A stretch of 64,000 nt of DNA, taken from positions 11,833 through 75,832 of the forward strand of contig DATLHO010000154.1 in the NCBI GenBank assembly GCA_035539855.1, read 5' to 3'. Position numbers and translations under genes: made by a program. Under the pieces are notes generated by a model. It did not search any database. It was not told the origin of the DNA and was given only the letters and a program-made list of their open reading frames with translations. This document shows positions 26,390-36,687 of the stretch, one piece after another. Numbering within the stretch: the first letter of the stretch is position 1; every line of letters begins with the position of its first letter. The stretch comes from Candidatus Kapaibacterium sp. GTDB lineage: Bacteria; Bacteroidota; Ignavibacteria; OLB7.

Positions 26390-28792
26390 CTACCGCACGA
26401 CGCTCACCGGGACGCTGAGGTCGCCGGCGTCGGATTCGGCGCGCAGCAGATACGTGCCGGGCGCAAGCGGCTCGGGCAGGCGCAGGCGCAGCGATCCGCG
26501 GGCGTGGCCATCGTGCAGCGTCGCGACGCGGGCGCCGAGGGCGTCGTAGAGGACGACGCGCAGCGCTCCCGGGCCGACCGGATCGACGAGCACCTCCGCT
26601 CCGCCGGGGCCGGGGTTCGGCGCGACGAGCACCCGCATTGTCGCGCGCTCGCCGGGCATCGCCGGCGCCGCGGTCTGCGCCTGTGTCGGCGCGACGTCGA
26701 TGTTGTCGATCGCCGCGAAGATCAGCGATGGGTCGTCGCGATCGCGCAACTGGAATCGCACGCGCATGCGATCGGTGATCGGAAGGAACGGCCGCATCGG
26801 CAGCCGGCGCGCCGCCCACCCGCCGCGCACGCGCGCCTCGGAGTGGATGCGATACCACGTCTGCCCGTCGTCGTTGCTCGCGTCGACGGTCAGCGAATCG
26901 ATCGCGAGCGTCGTGTCGGACGAGAAGTTCGGATAGTGGATGAACCACAGGTCGAATTGCAGCACCGGGTCGCCGTGGTCGCTCAGGTCCATCGTCGGAG
27001 AGATGAGCGACGTCGTGCCGCCGTTGACATCGTTCTCCTGCGGAGCCGCGTTGATCGGCGGCGCGCCGGTCATGAACACGCGCCCCAAGCGGCCGTCGGG
27101 CTGCCGCGCCGGATGCGCCCAGCCGGACTGCGGATAGCCGAGGTACGGCTCGATGCGCACCCACATGCCGCTCGTCGCGTCGTCGGTCGGCGCGCCGAGC
27201 GTCCAGCCGAGGTCCAGCGTCGCGTTGTCGTGGTAGCGCCGCACGAGCGTCACCGCGATCGTCGAGTTCGCCTGGGTCAGACGCACTGGCATCTCGACGA
27301 CGCGAAAGCCCCACTTCCCCACCGTCAGCGTGAAGTCCTCGCCGGCCGGCAACTGCACCTCCGCGACGTTGCCGGAGGCGACGAGCTGCGCGGGGATGTG
27401 CGGCTCGACCGCGAACGAGAATCCCTCGATCGGCTGGCCCGACTCGTCGCGCACCTCGATCTGCGCCGCGTGCCTGAGCACCGCGCGCATGCCGATGTCG
27501 AGCGTCTCGTCCCGCGAGAGCGTCACGCTCTCGACGACATCGCCGTAGCCGAAACGCTCGAGCTGCATCGTGAACGCGTCGCCGACGGCGCCGCCGATGT
27601 AGTACCGACCGTCGCGTCCGGTGCGGAATCGACGGCCGAGCTCCGGCACGAAGATCTCGACGCCCTCGAGCGGCAGTCCGTTGTCGGCGTCGGTGACGAC
27701 ACCGGAGACCGAGCCCGCCGTCCTGCGCTCCCAGTCGAGCACGTACAGTCCAGTGCTGCGATCGCCCGCTAGCACGCGGCCTGACGGCAGGAAGGGATAG
27801 ACCTCCCACACGCCGTTGTATCCCCCGCTCTGCCCGGGCCAGGTGTCGTAGTAGGCGACCTCGCGCGGATGCGTCGGATCGATCATGTCGATGATCCGCA
27901 CGCCGCCGGTGTACCACGACGCCACGACGAAGCGACCCATCACGTGGACGTTGTGCACGATGTCGAGCGGATCGTGCGTGTACTCGGCGACCATCCGCAC
28001 GTTCTCGAGGTCGCGGATGTCCCACACCTTCATCGTCTTTGCGGTGAAGCCGATCTCGTCGCTCGAGACGAGGTAGCCGCCGTCGGAGGTGATCTCGACG
28101 TTGTGCGTGCCGCTGTACGGGTAGTTGATGTTCGTGAGGAAGACGGGCACGGCGCGGTCGCGCACATCGTACACGTCGATGCCGTTGCCGTAGACCGCCG
28201 CGGTGACGAGCGTGTCGCCGCGCTCCCACGCGTCGTGGTAGTAGTCGCGGTCGACACGGCCGACCGGACGCGGGTGCAGCGGGTCGGGCTCGAGATCGAA
28301 CATGAGCACTCCCCCGTTGGCGCCGGCGTCCTCGGCGGTGCCCATGACGTAGAGCCAGTGATCGCGCACGTACACGGTGTGCGCGCTGCGGAAGTACGTC
28401 GTGTCGGTGCGCACGAGCGTTGCCCGCGCGGGGAGCTCCGAGAGATCAACGATCTGCAGGCCCGCGCCGGCTGGGACGTCGCGAGACTCGGAGACGATGT
28501 AGAGATAGCTGCCGTACGTCTTCATCTCCCGCCAGCGATTCCACGGACCCGGGATGAACGCGACCTGACTGATCGGGCTGGTCGAGACATCGACGATGTG
28601 CGTGCCGATCTGGCTGCCGACGAACGCGTACTCGCGGCCGTCGGGCGCGGCGTAGCCCCAGATCGCCGAGTGCATGCCCACGCTGTCGACGGGATTGAGC
28701 CAGCCGAAGAGCGTCATGTGCTTGGAGCCGGCGTTCTCCTGCGCGAGGATGGGGGTGGTTAGGAGGAGGAGGAGGACGAAGAGTCTTAGCAT
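26390..28792 (-). CDS. secreted LVIVD-repeat (choice-of-anchor-B-like) protein with carboxypeptidase-regulatory-like domains and T9SS C-terminal domain
   Basis: 800 aa. Signal peptide MLRLFVLLLLLTTPILAQ. Repeated GxYLVSSDE/VWDI beta-propeller-like motifs. C-terminus ...LAPGTYLLRAESDAGDLSVPVSVVR. Confidence 0.55.
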   Translation of the reverse strand: MLRLFVLLLLLTTPILAQENAGSKHMTLFGWLNPVDSVGMHSAIWGYAAPDGREYAFVGSQIGTHIVDVSTSPISQVAFIPGPWNRWREMKTYGSYLYIVSESRDVPAGAGLQIVDLSELPARATLVRTDTTYFRSAHTVYVRDHWLYVMGTAEDAGANGGVLMFDLEPDPLHPRPVGRVDRDYYHDAWERGDTLVTAAVYGNGIDVYDVRDRAVPVFLTNINYPYSGTHNVEITSDGGYLVSSDEIGFTAKTMKVWDIRDLENVRMVAEYTHDPLDIVHNVHVMGRFVVASWYTGGVRIIDMIDPTHPREVAYYDTWPGQSGGYNGVWEVYPFLPSGRVLAGDRSTGLYVLDWERRTAGSVSGVVTDADNGLPLEGVEIFVPELGRRFRTGRDGRYYIGGAVGDAFTMQLERFGYGDVVESVTLSRDETLDIGMRAVLRHAAQIEVRDESGQPIEGFSFAVEPHIPAQLVASGNVAEVQLPAGEDFTLTVGKWGFRVVEMPVRLTQANSTIAVTLVRRYHDNATLDLGWTLGAPTDDATSGMWVRIEPYLGYPQSGWAHPARQPDGRLGRVFMTGAPPINAAPQENDVNGGTTSLISPTMDLSDHGDPVLQFDLWFIHYPNFSSDTTLAIDSLTVDASNDDGQTWYRIHSEARVRGGWAARRLPMRPFLPITDRMRVRFQLRDRDDPSLIFAAIDNIDVAPTQAQTAAPAMPGERATMRVLVAPNPGPGGAEVLVDPVGPGALRVVLYDALGARVATLHDGHARGSLRLRLPEPLAPGTYLLRAESDAGDLSVPVSVVR

Positions 28793-28797
28793 GGAGA

Positions 28798-28845
28798 GAC
28801 CTCACCCCCCCTGCCCCCCTCTCCGAATACGGAGAGGGGGGGGAT
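28798..28845 (-). repeat. dispersed GC-rich palindromic repeat, copy 3 (reverse orientation)
   Basis: The reverse complement matches the cores at 5606 and 8084 (CCCCTCTCCGTATTCGGAGAGGGG...GGGGTGAGGT). Confidence 0.8.
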
Positions 28846-28856
28846 GGGGTGGCTTT

Positions 28857-30308
28857 TTAGGGGGTGATTGTTATGCCGGCGGCGAAGGCGCCGACTTCGA
28901 TTGAGCGGAGGATCGACCGGGTTGCGGTGTCGATGACGTAGACGATGCCGGGCGTCTTTGCGCCGACGATCGGATGGTGCTGGTGATCTCCGCCGGTCTG
29001 GTTCTCGCATGTGACGAAGGCGCGGCGTCCGTCGGGACTGAAGGCGACCGCGTGCGGCTGGGTCTTGAGTCCGGTGATCGTGCCGACGACGCGGCGCGTG
29101 GCGACGTCGATGATCGAGACGCTCTGCGCGGCCTGGTTCGGCACCCAGATCTCGCCCCCGTCGCTTCGACGCTCGAGGATCAGCGGCCGGCTCCCGACCG
29201 GGATGCTGTCGATCACCCTGCCCTCGATCAGATCGACCACGCGCACCTGCGCGCTCGCGCGGCAGGTGACGAAGAACAGGCGGCCGCCGTCGACGAACAC
29301 GCCCTGGTACGGCTCGTGAACCGCCCGGGCCGACGGCGCAAGCGGCGCGCCCGGAACGATCGGGATCACCCGAAGCACGTCGCCCGTCGCCGCGTCGATC
29401 TCCGAGATGTCGTCGCTGCCGGCGTTCGTCGTGTACAGTCGAGTCTCGTCCGGACCGAGCGCGACACCGTGCGGGGCATATCCCCCCGTCTCGATGTCGT
29501 CGACGACCGTCATCGTCGCGGCGTCGACGCGCGTGATGAAGCGCTGCGTCATCGTCATGTCGAAGTTCGAGACGTACAGCGTCGCGCCGTCGGCGGTGAT
29601 CGCGATCTGCGCCGGCGACAGACCGACCGCCGCGCTGCCGAGCTTCGCGAACGTCGTCGCGTCGTACTTCTCGATCTCACCGGCGGCGATCAGGTTGATG
29701 TAGAAGTAGCGGCCGTCCGGCGAGACGATGATGTTGTGCGGCGACTCCGGCGCCGACGACGCGTCGGGACGCCGGCCGACGCTGATGTAGCGCGCGACGC
29801 GCTGCGTCTCGAGGTCGATCGCGGCGATGAGATCCTCGGCCTGGTTCGTCACGAGCACGCGCGGGCGGGCTCCCGACAGTGCAATCTCCCCTGCGTCACT
29901 CTTCGCGCCCTCGAGAATCCATCGTTTGATCGTCAGCATCTGCTCGCGCGGCAGCGCGTCGCGTCCGAGCGGCATGCGCGGCGACGCCAGGGGCGCGATC
30001 GCGGTGTCGTTGCTGATGTGCTGCAGCAGGTGGCTCTTCAGCGGCGCGAACGGAACGACCACCGCGCCGAACTCGCCGCCGGTCATCGTCGTCGTCCACG
30101 AATCGAACGAGAGCCCGCGCTGCGCGCCCGCGCCGCTGTGGCACTCCGAGCCCGCGCACGACGCGGCGAAGATCGGCGCGATGTGCTTCGAGTACACCAC
30201 GGGCTCGTCGGCTCCGGGGATCACGATGGTTGAGGGCGAGACAGGATCGTCGCCGCAGCCGGCCAGGATGATGGCTGCGAGCGCGAGGGGGAGGAGAAGT
30301 CGGCGCAT
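28857..30308 (-). CDS. lipoprotein with YVTN-type beta-propeller repeats
   Basis: Start at MRRLLLPLALAAIILAGC (lipobox). Repeated YVTN/YVSN and GPDGRxxYV motifs. Confidence 0.6.
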   Translation of the reverse strand: MRRLLLPLALAAIILAGCGDDPVSPSTIVIPGADEPVVYSKHIAPIFAASCAGSECHSGAGAQRGLSFDSWTTTMTGGEFGAVVVPFAPLKSHLLQHISNDTAIAPLASPRMPLGRDALPREQMLTIKRWILEGAKSDAGEIALSGARPRVLVTNQAEDLIAAIDLETQRVARYISVGRRPDASSAPESPHNIIVSPDGRYFYINLIAAGEIEKYDATTFAKLGSAAVGLSPAQIAITADGATLYVSNFDMTMTQRFITRVDAATMTVVDDIETGGYAPHGVALGPDETRLYTTNAGSDDISEIDAATGDVLRVIPIVPGAPLAPSARAVHEPYQGVFVDGGRLFFVTCRASAQVRVVDLIEGRVIDSIPVGSRPLILERRSDGGEIWVPNQAAQSVSIIDVATRRVVGTITGLKTQPHAVAFSPDGRRAFVTCENQTGGDHQHHPIVGAKTPGIVYVIDTATRSILRSIEVGAFAAGITITP

Positions 30309-30463
30309 GGGCTGCTCTGGAGAGTGAGGAGAACCTCGGAAGATCGCGGCACGCCGGCGACGGCGCAAGGGACGCGGAGATTTCTACCCTGAACCGGCCG
30401 CAGTCCTTTCGTACTTTTGTCGGCTATTCATGCAATGACGGTGCACTCCACGGGGCCGGATCC

Positions 30464-31861
30464 ATGGCGCAGGAGCAGAGCGAACATCTGCTGGAGATCG
30501 ACGAGGAGCTGCTCGATGACCTCGAGGGGTTGATCGAGCTGCGCGACGACGGCGCGCTGAAGTCGATGCTCATCGACCTTCATGCGGCCGACATCGCGCG
30601 CCTGCTCACGTACCTGCACGAGGACGAGCGTCACTACATCCTCGACCTGATCGAGGAGGATGTCGCCGGCGAGGTCGTGCTGCACCTGCCGGAGGACCAG
30701 CGCACCGACTACCTGGCCGAGCTCGAGCCGCACGAGATCACCGACCTCGTCGAGGAGCTCTCGCCCGACGACGCCGCCGACATCGTCGCCGAGCTCGATG
30801 ACGACGTCGCCGAGGAGGTTCTGCGCAACCTGCAGGAAACCGACGTCGAGGCGACCGAGGAGATCCGCGGGCTGCTGCTCTTCGGCGAGGATACCGCCGG
30901 CGGCCGGATGACGACGGACTTCGTCGCGGTCACCGTCGACGATACCGTCGCCGCGTCGATCGAGCGCGTGCGTGAGTTCGTGCGCGAGACCGAGCTCGAG
31001 GTGCACGGCCTGTTCGTCCTCGATCGCGACGAACGCCTTGTCGGATTGCTGCGCCTGCAGGACCTCGTGCTCCGTCCGCCGACCTCCAAGGTCAGCATCG
31101 TCATGAGCACCGACATCGTGACGGTCGCTCCGGACGAGGACCAGGCCGTCGTCGCGCAGGTCATGCTGCGCTACGACCTGATCGACGTGCCGGTCGTCGA
31201 CGATGACGGGCACCTGATCGGTATCATCACCTTCGACGACATCGCCGACATCATCGAGGACGAGGCGTCGGAGGACATGCTCTTTCTCGCGGGTGTGACC
31301 GAGGCGGAGAGTCCGACGACCGGACCGTTCGCCGCGGTGCGCCGCCGCCTGCCGTGGCTCGCGGTCAACCTCGGCGTCACGTTCATCCCGACGATGATCA
31401 TGTCGCGCTTCGAGGGAACGATCGGTGACTTCCCGAAGATCGCGATCCTGCTGCCGATCGTCGCGGGCATGGGTGGCAACGCCGCGATCCAGTCGATCAC
31501 CGTCATGGTGCGCAGCATCGCGCTCGGCGAGATCAGCCCGGGCCAGCGCCGGCGCGTCATCCTCAAGGAGACCGCGACCGGACTGCTCAACGGCGTTGCA
31601 ATGGGAGTGACCGGCGGACTGATGGTGTGGCTGCTCTGGGGGAATCCGGCGCTCGGCGCCGTGCTCACCGTCGCGCTCATCGCGAATCTCTTCATCGCGG
31701 GCCTGGCCGGGGCGGTCATCCCGCTGGTGCTTCGCCGGCTCAACTTCGACCCCGCCCTTTCGTCCGGCCCGCTGGTCACGAGCCTCACCGACATCAGCGG
31801 CTACTCGGTCTTCCTCGCGCTGTCGACGACGGCCATGGCGCTGCTGCTGCACTACCGGTAG
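30464..31861 (+). CDS. mgtE: magnesium transporter MgtE
   Basis: 465 aa. Acidic N-domain, tandem CBS domains, C-terminal 5-TM MgtE domain (PIVAGMGGNAAIQS). Confidence 0.85.
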   Translation: MAQEQSEHLLEIDEELLDDLEGLIELRDDGALKSMLIDLHAADIARLLTYLHEDERHYILDLIEEDVAGEVVLHLPEDQRTDYLAELEPHEITDLVEELSPDDAADIVAELDDDVAEEVLRNLQETDVEATEEIRGLLLFGEDTAGGRMTTDFVAVTVDDTVAASIERVREFVRETELEVHGLFVLDRDERLVGLLRLQDLVLRPPTSKVSIVMSTDIVTVAPDEDQAVVAQVMLRYDLIDVPVVDDDGHLIGIITFDDIADIIEDEASEDMLFLAGVTEAESPTTGPFAAVRRRLPWLAVNLGVTFIPTMIMSRFEGTIGDFPKIAILLPIVAGMGGNAAIQSITVMVRSIALGEISPGQRRRVILKETATGLLNGVAMGVTGGLMVWLLWGNPALGAVLTVALIANLFIAGLAGAVIPLVLRRLNFDPALSSGPLVTSLTDISGYSVFLALSTTAMALLLHYR

Positions 31862-31974
31862 CGTCGGCTCGCTGCGTCATCGACGGAACGGAAAAGGGCG
31901 CAACAGCGTCGATGGAGGCATCCTGCCGGTCGCATCGCCTGTTCCGCCCTGACGCAGCGTCCGGTCCGACCGGA

Positions 31975-32592
31975 CTACTTCGACGCTCGCTTGCGCTTGC
32001 GCTCCTTCTTCTTCTCCTCGACCGCCGCCTTTCGCTCGCTCTTCTCGCTCGAAAGCTTTGCCGCGAGCTCGTCGCGAAGCTGCATCCGCGGCGCCATCCG
32101 CACGTCGGGATCGACGCCGTCGGGGAACGGACGATCGAGAATCCGGCATGCCAGCCACGCCATCAGATCACCGACCGAGTACTTGCGCTCGCGACAGATC
32201 GCCGCCTCCGCTCCGAGATACCGGATCTGATCCGGATCGTCGAATTCGGTGACGAGATACGGCAGCGCGGCCTCGCCGAAACGGACGAGGTTCTCACCGA
32301 GGCGACCGAGATGATGTCCCGGAAGGCCCCACCAGTTGTGCATGAACGCGCCCGGGACGGCCTCGCAGTAGATGCGCACCATCTTCGGGTCCGGATCCTT
32401 GCCAAGAAGCAGCAGCAGCTCGTGCGCGAGAACACGGAGGCGATGATCTCCCCGCTCAGATTTCGCGATTTTTTCGAGATCCTCCTGTGCCTTCGGGCGT
32501 GCGATCAGCCGATCGGCCTCGCCATACGTGAAGAGCTTGTCGACGGAAGTCTCCGTCAGCTCTTCGCGCATCGTGCCCAAGCCTACTGCCAT
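31975..32592 (-). CDS. hypothetical protein with lysine-rich C-terminal tail
   Basis: Start at MAVGLGTMREEL with a GAGGAA Shine-Dalgarno sequence upstream. No recognisable motifs. Confidence 0.4.
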   Translation of the reverse strand: MAVGLGTMREELTETSVDKLFTYGEADRLIARPKAQEDLEKIAKSERGDHRLRVLAHELLLLLGKDPDPKMVRIYCEAVPGAFMHNWWGLPGHHLGRLGENLVRFGEAALPYLVTEFDDPDQIRYLGAEAAICRERKYSVGDLMAWLACRILDRPFPDGVDPDVRMAPRMQLRDELAAKLSSEKSERKAAVEEKKKERKRKRASK

Positions 32593-32715
32593 AATGATAG
32601 TTCCTCTCAAACAAGTATCCGCTGAATGTAACACCGTGGCTTCGCTATTTCCAAAGTGCTTCGGTGGTTTCGTAGATTGCCCGAAAGCCCCGCCAGATCA
32701 CGATTCTTCCCAGGG

Positions 32716-33135
32716 ATGACCGACGACGCCGCCGATTTCTTCCGTTTCCTGACCAACAGCTACGTATCGGAGCCGAATGCGGAAAACGCGCAGCGTCTCT
32801 GGCGGGCCGTTTTCGCCCTCGATGGACTCTATTTTCTGCTTCGCCCGATCGGCAACGAGCCCGTTCCCGCGATCGCGATCCAGGATGGCGGACCGCACCT
32901 ACTGGTCTGGACCGACCTCGATTCGCTGCGCGAGTACGTCTTCGAGTCCGACGAGGAGGAGGAGAGCGACGATGGCGAGCCCCACTTCGTGTTCGTGCCG
33001 ATGGCCAGGGCCGTCGAGCACATGCTGCGCTACGAGCAGCACGGCGTGCAGGGTGTCCGCTTCAACGCGCCGCTCGGCTGGGCGGTGCCGTTCGATCGGC
33101 TGCGCAGGGTGGCGGAGCTGATGGGGGTGCTGTAG
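32716..33135 (+). CDS. SseB-like protein (tentative)
   Basis: Start taken at MTDDAADFF. Resemblance to the SseB N-terminal domain is weak. Confidence 0.3.
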   Translation: MTDDAADFFRFLTNSYVSEPNAENAQRLWRAVFALDGLYFLLRPIGNEPVPAIAIQDGGPHLLVWTDLDSLREYVFESDEEEESDDGEPHFVFVPMARAVEHMLRYEQHGVQGVRFNAPLGWAVPFDRLRRVAELMGVL

Positions 33136-33136
33136 C

Positions 33137-34141
33137 ATGCGCCGGATGAAACGACGCGTCGACGCGGATCGGTCGGTCGATGGGTCCGACGGCAACGGTG
33201 AGATCCGGAGCGATCTCCGCGATCTCGGGTTCGGCGCACGCGTGACCGAGCAGAGTCGGCTGCGACTGCTCAATCGCGATGGGAGCTTCAACGTGCGGCG
33301 CACGGGGCTGTCGTTCGTCGAGCGGATCGACCTGTACCACAGCCTGCTGACGATGCCGTGGTGGCGATTCCACCTCGTCGTGTTCTCCGCCTACGTCGTG
33401 CTCAACCTCCTCGCCGCCGCCGGCTTCATGCTCCTCGGCGAAGGCGCGCTCGGCGGGATTCAGGAGACGACCTTCACCGGCCGCTTCACCGAGACCTTCT
33501 TCTTCAGCGTGCAGACGTTCACGACCGTCGGCTACGGTCACGTCTTCCCCGACGGCCCCGCGGCCAACACCCTCGTCGTGCTCCACGCGTTTATCGGGCT
33601 CATGGGATTCGCGCTCGCGACGGGAATCCTCTTCGCCCGATTCTCGCGCCCGACGGCGAAGATCAGCTTCAGCCAGAGCGCCATCATCGCCCCGTACCGC
33701 GACGTCATCGCCTTCGAGTTCCGCATCGCCAACCAGCGTCGCAGCCAGCTCATCGACGTCGAGGCGCGCGTGCTGCTCGTGCGCAACGAGACGGTCGACG
33801 GCAAGACCACGCGCCGCTTTCACAACCTTGCGCTCGAGCGCGACCGCGTCGCGTTCTTCCCGTTGACCTGGACGGTCGTCCATCCGATCGACGAGGCGAG
33901 CCCGCTCTTCGGACTGACCGAGCACGAGATGCGCACCTGCGACGCCGAGTTCACCGTGCTGCTGACCGCGACCGACGACATCTTCGCGCAGATGGTGCAC
34001 GCGCGCACCTCCTATCGCGGCGAGGAGATCCTCTGGGGAGCGAAGTTCGCCGACCCGTTCGTCCCGTCGGACGACGGGATCCTGCGGGTCGACCTGCGAC
34101 GTCTGCACGACACGGTCGAGGCGGAGATGCCGGCCAACTAA
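33137..34141 (+). CDS. inward-rectifier-type potassium channel (KirBac family)
   Basis: TTVGYG selectivity filter between two TM helices. Cytoplasmic Ig-like C-domain. Slide-helix region (SFVERIDLYHSLLTMPWWRF) matches the KirBac architecture. Confidence 0.8.
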   Translation: MRRMKRRVDADRSVDGSDGNGEIRSDLRDLGFGARVTEQSRLRLLNRDGSFNVRRTGLSFVERIDLYHSLLTMPWWRFHLVVFSAYVVLNLLAAAGFMLLGEGALGGIQETTFTGRFTETFFFSVQTFTTVGYGHVFPDGPAANTLVVLHAFIGLMGFALATGILFARFSRPTAKISFSQSAIIAPYRDVIAFEFRIANQRRSQLIDVEARVLLVRNETVDGKTTRRFHNLALERDRVAFFPLTWTVVHPIDEASPLFGLTEHEMRTCDAEFTVLLTATDDIFAQMVHARTSYRGEEILWGAKFADPFVPSDDGILRVDLRRLHDTVEAEMPAN

Positions 34142-34354
34142 CCCCCGAACAGAGCCGCCCCTGTCATTCCCGGAGGGGATCTTTCTTTGGGTGCGTCTCG
34201 CCGCATGTCGAGATAGGAGCACTGCGTGTACTTCCTCGCGGCAGCGGCGTGCAGCTGTCTTCGCACTACACCACCGCCTCACATGCGGCCGTCGCGCCGT
34301 AGGAAAGGTCCCCTCCGGGAAAGACAGGAACGCCGTGTGGTTGGGAGAAGAGCG

Positions 34355-35869
34355 TCACCCCAGATCGATCCACACCGTCTTCGTCTGCGTGTAGATGTCG
34401 AGTGCCGCGGCTCCGAGCTCGCGGCCGAAGCCGGAGTCCTTGTAGCCGCCGAACGGCAGCGCGTTGTCGGTCATGTTGTAGGTGTTGACCCAGACGGTGC
34501 CGGCCTTGACGCCGCGCGCGAAGCTGATCGCCTTCTTCACGTCGTTGGTCCAGACGCCGGCGGCCAGCCCGAAGCGGCTGTCGTTGGCGATGCGGATCGC
34601 GTCGGCCTCGTCGGTGAACGCGATGACCGACGCCACCGGCCCGAAGATCTCCTCCTGCGCGATCGTCATGTCGTTGCGCACGTCGGCGAACACCGTCGGC
34701 GTGACGAAGTACCCGCGGTCACCGACACGCTCGCCACCGGCGACGAGCGACGCGCCCTCCTCCCTTCCCTTCGCGATGTAGGACATCACGCGGTTCATCT
34801 GCTCCTCGCTGACGAGCGAGCCCATGCGGGTCTTCGGATCGAGCGGATCGCCGACGACCATCTTCTTCGCACGGCTCGAGAGAATCCCCATGAACTCCTC
34901 GCGCGCCGCCTCCTCGATGAGGATGCGGCTGCCCGCGGTGCACATCTGACCCTGGTTGAAGAAGATGCCGCTGAGCGCCACCTTCGCGGCGAGCTCGAGG
35001 TTCGAGTCGGCGAAGACGACGTTGGGGGATTTTCCGCCGAGCTCGAGCGTGACCTTCTTGAGCGTCGAGGAGGCGTTGCGCATGATGAGCTTGCCGATCT
35101 CGACCGATCCGGTGAACGCGATCTTGTCGATCTCCGGATGCTCGACGATCGCCGCGCCCGCGGTGGCGCCGAATCCCGTGACGATGTTGACGACGCCCTT
35201 CGGCATTCCCGCCTCCATCATCAGCTCCCCGAGTCGCAGGATCGACAGCGACGTCTGCTCGGCCGGCTTGATCACGACGGTGTTCCCGCACGCGATCGCC
35301 GGGGCGATCTTCCACGTCGCCATCTGGATCGGGAAGTTCCAGGGGATGATTTGTCCGCACACGCCGACGGGCTCGCGCAGCGTGAACGCGAACGCATTTG
35401 TGCGCGCGTTCGGCTCGATGGTCTCGCCCGTCGCCTTGCCGGCCCATCCCGCATAGTAGCGCCAGCTCGCGATCGACTGCGGCAGGTCGACCCGCAGCGA
35501 CTCGAGCAGCGGCTTGCCGTTGTTGAGCGTCTCGAGCTCGGCGAGCTCCTCGATGTTCTGCTCCATCAGATCGGCGATCCTCCAGAGCAGACGTCCGCGA
35601 TCGGCGCCGTTCATCTTCGTGTACTCGCCGCTCTCGAAGGCGCGGCGGGCGGCCTTCGCGGCGCGGTCGACATCCTCGCGATCACCGGCGGCGACGCGCG
35701 CGATCACCTCGCCGGTTCCCGGATAGATCGCGTCGAACGTCTCGCCGCTGGCGGCGTCGACCCACTCGCCGTCGATGAGCATCCGCCCGTGACGGAGCAT
35801 CCCGTTGTCGAGCGGCTGGTTCTTCTGCGGCTTGATCGAGGCGATCGCGGCGGCTGCGGTATCGGACAT
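34355..35869 (-). CDS. NAD(P)-dependent aldehyde dehydrogenase family protein
   Basis: Start at MSDTAAAAI. FTGSVEIGK and GQMCTAGSR catalytic Cys/Glu motifs. Confidence 0.85.
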   Translation of the reverse strand: MSDTAAAAIASIKPQKNQPLDNGMLRHGRMLIDGEWVDAASGETFDAIYPGTGEVIARVAAGDREDVDRAAKAARRAFESGEYTKMNGADRGRLLWRIADLMEQNIEELAELETLNNGKPLLESLRVDLPQSIASWRYYAGWAGKATGETIEPNARTNAFAFTLREPVGVCGQIIPWNFPIQMATWKIAPAIACGNTVVIKPAEQTSLSILRLGELMMEAGMPKGVVNIVTGFGATAGAAIVEHPEIDKIAFTGSVEIGKLIMRNASSTLKKVTLELGGKSPNVVFADSNLELAAKVALSGIFFNQGQMCTAGSRILIEEAAREEFMGILSSRAKKMVVGDPLDPKTRMGSLVSEEQMNRVMSYIAKGREEGASLVAGGERVGDRGYFVTPTVFADVRNDMTIAQEEIFGPVASVIAFTDEADAIRIANDSRFGLAAGVWTNDVKKAISFARGVKAGTVWVNTYNMTDNALPFGGYKDSGFGRELGAAALDIYTQTKTVWIDLG

Positions 35870-35942
35870 GGGAGTTCCCTGGGTTCTACAGTGGATGAGA
35901 AACGCGGAAGATACGAAGCGACGCAGCACTGCGATCGGCCCC

Positions 35943-36680
35943 TCATCCGCCGTACTGCCGCAGCTCCACTCCCTCGTCGTCGACCACCAGGTACGAGCGG
36001 TCGCGCAGCCAGGTGCCGAGGTTGACGTAGCGGCCGCGGCCGTGCTCGATGAACGCGGGCCGGTGGTTGTGGCCCATCACCACGAGATCGAATCCCTCGT
36101 CGATCTTGCGCTCGGCGAAGGCACGCAGGCCGTCGGCCTCGCCCGGCTGCTCGCCGCCGTAGTGCTTCTGGGTCGTGTGGTCGCGGCTGCGTCGCGACGC
36201 GTACGCCGCCACGCCGATGCCGATGTCGGGATGGAGCATGCGGAAGAGCAGCTTCGAGCTGCGCGCGCGCAGCACCTTCCGGAGAATGAGGTAACCGGTG
36301 TCGTTGAACGCCTTGCCGTCGCCGTGCGCGATGTAGCAGCGCAGGCCCGCGATCGTCGTCTCGACGTCGCCCTCGTGCAGCACGACGCCGAGCTCGCCGG
36401 TGAAGAAGTCGCGGTGGCCGAAGTCGTGGTTGCCGATCACGTAATGCACCGCCACCCCCGCGTCGACGAGCCGCGCGATGCCGCCGAGCGTCCTGACGAA
36501 CCCGCGCGGAATCACCGTGCGGTAGTCGAACCAGAAGTCGAAGAGATCCCCCACGATGTAGACCGACTCGGCTCCGTTCGCGAGGATCTCGTCGAACAGG
36601 CCGAGCACGTGCCGCTCGCGCTCGCGCGTCGATGCCGCGGAGCCGAGACCGAGGTGGACGTCGGAGAAGAAGTAGTGCAC
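35943..36680 (-). CDS. lpxH: UDP-2,3-diacylglucosamine hydrolase
   Basis: Calcineurin-like metallophosphoesterase motifs (FFSDVHLG, GDLFD, GNHD) in LpxH order. GTG start at complement(36678..36680), 7 nt after the upstream gene's stop. Confidence 0.75.
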   Translation of the reverse strand: MHYFFSDVHLGLGSAASTRERERHVLGLFDEILANGAESVYIVGDLFDFWFDYRTVIPRGFVRTLGGIARLVDAGVAVHYVIGNHDFGHRDFFTGELGVVLHEGDVETTIAGLRCYIAHGDGKAFNDTGYLILRKVLRARSSKLLFRMLHPDIGIGVAAYASRRSRDHTTQKHYGGEQPGEADGLRAFAERKIDEGFDLVVMGHNHRPAFIEHGRGRYVNLGTWLRDRSYLVVDDEGVELRQYGG

Positions 36681-36687
36681 GCGGGCC

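Noticed and set aside
30368-30464. Possible M-box (Mg2+) riboswitch upstream of mgtE
   Set aside because: The divergent intergenic region is only about 155 nt and no M-box-like conserved stems or sequence were recognisable by eye.
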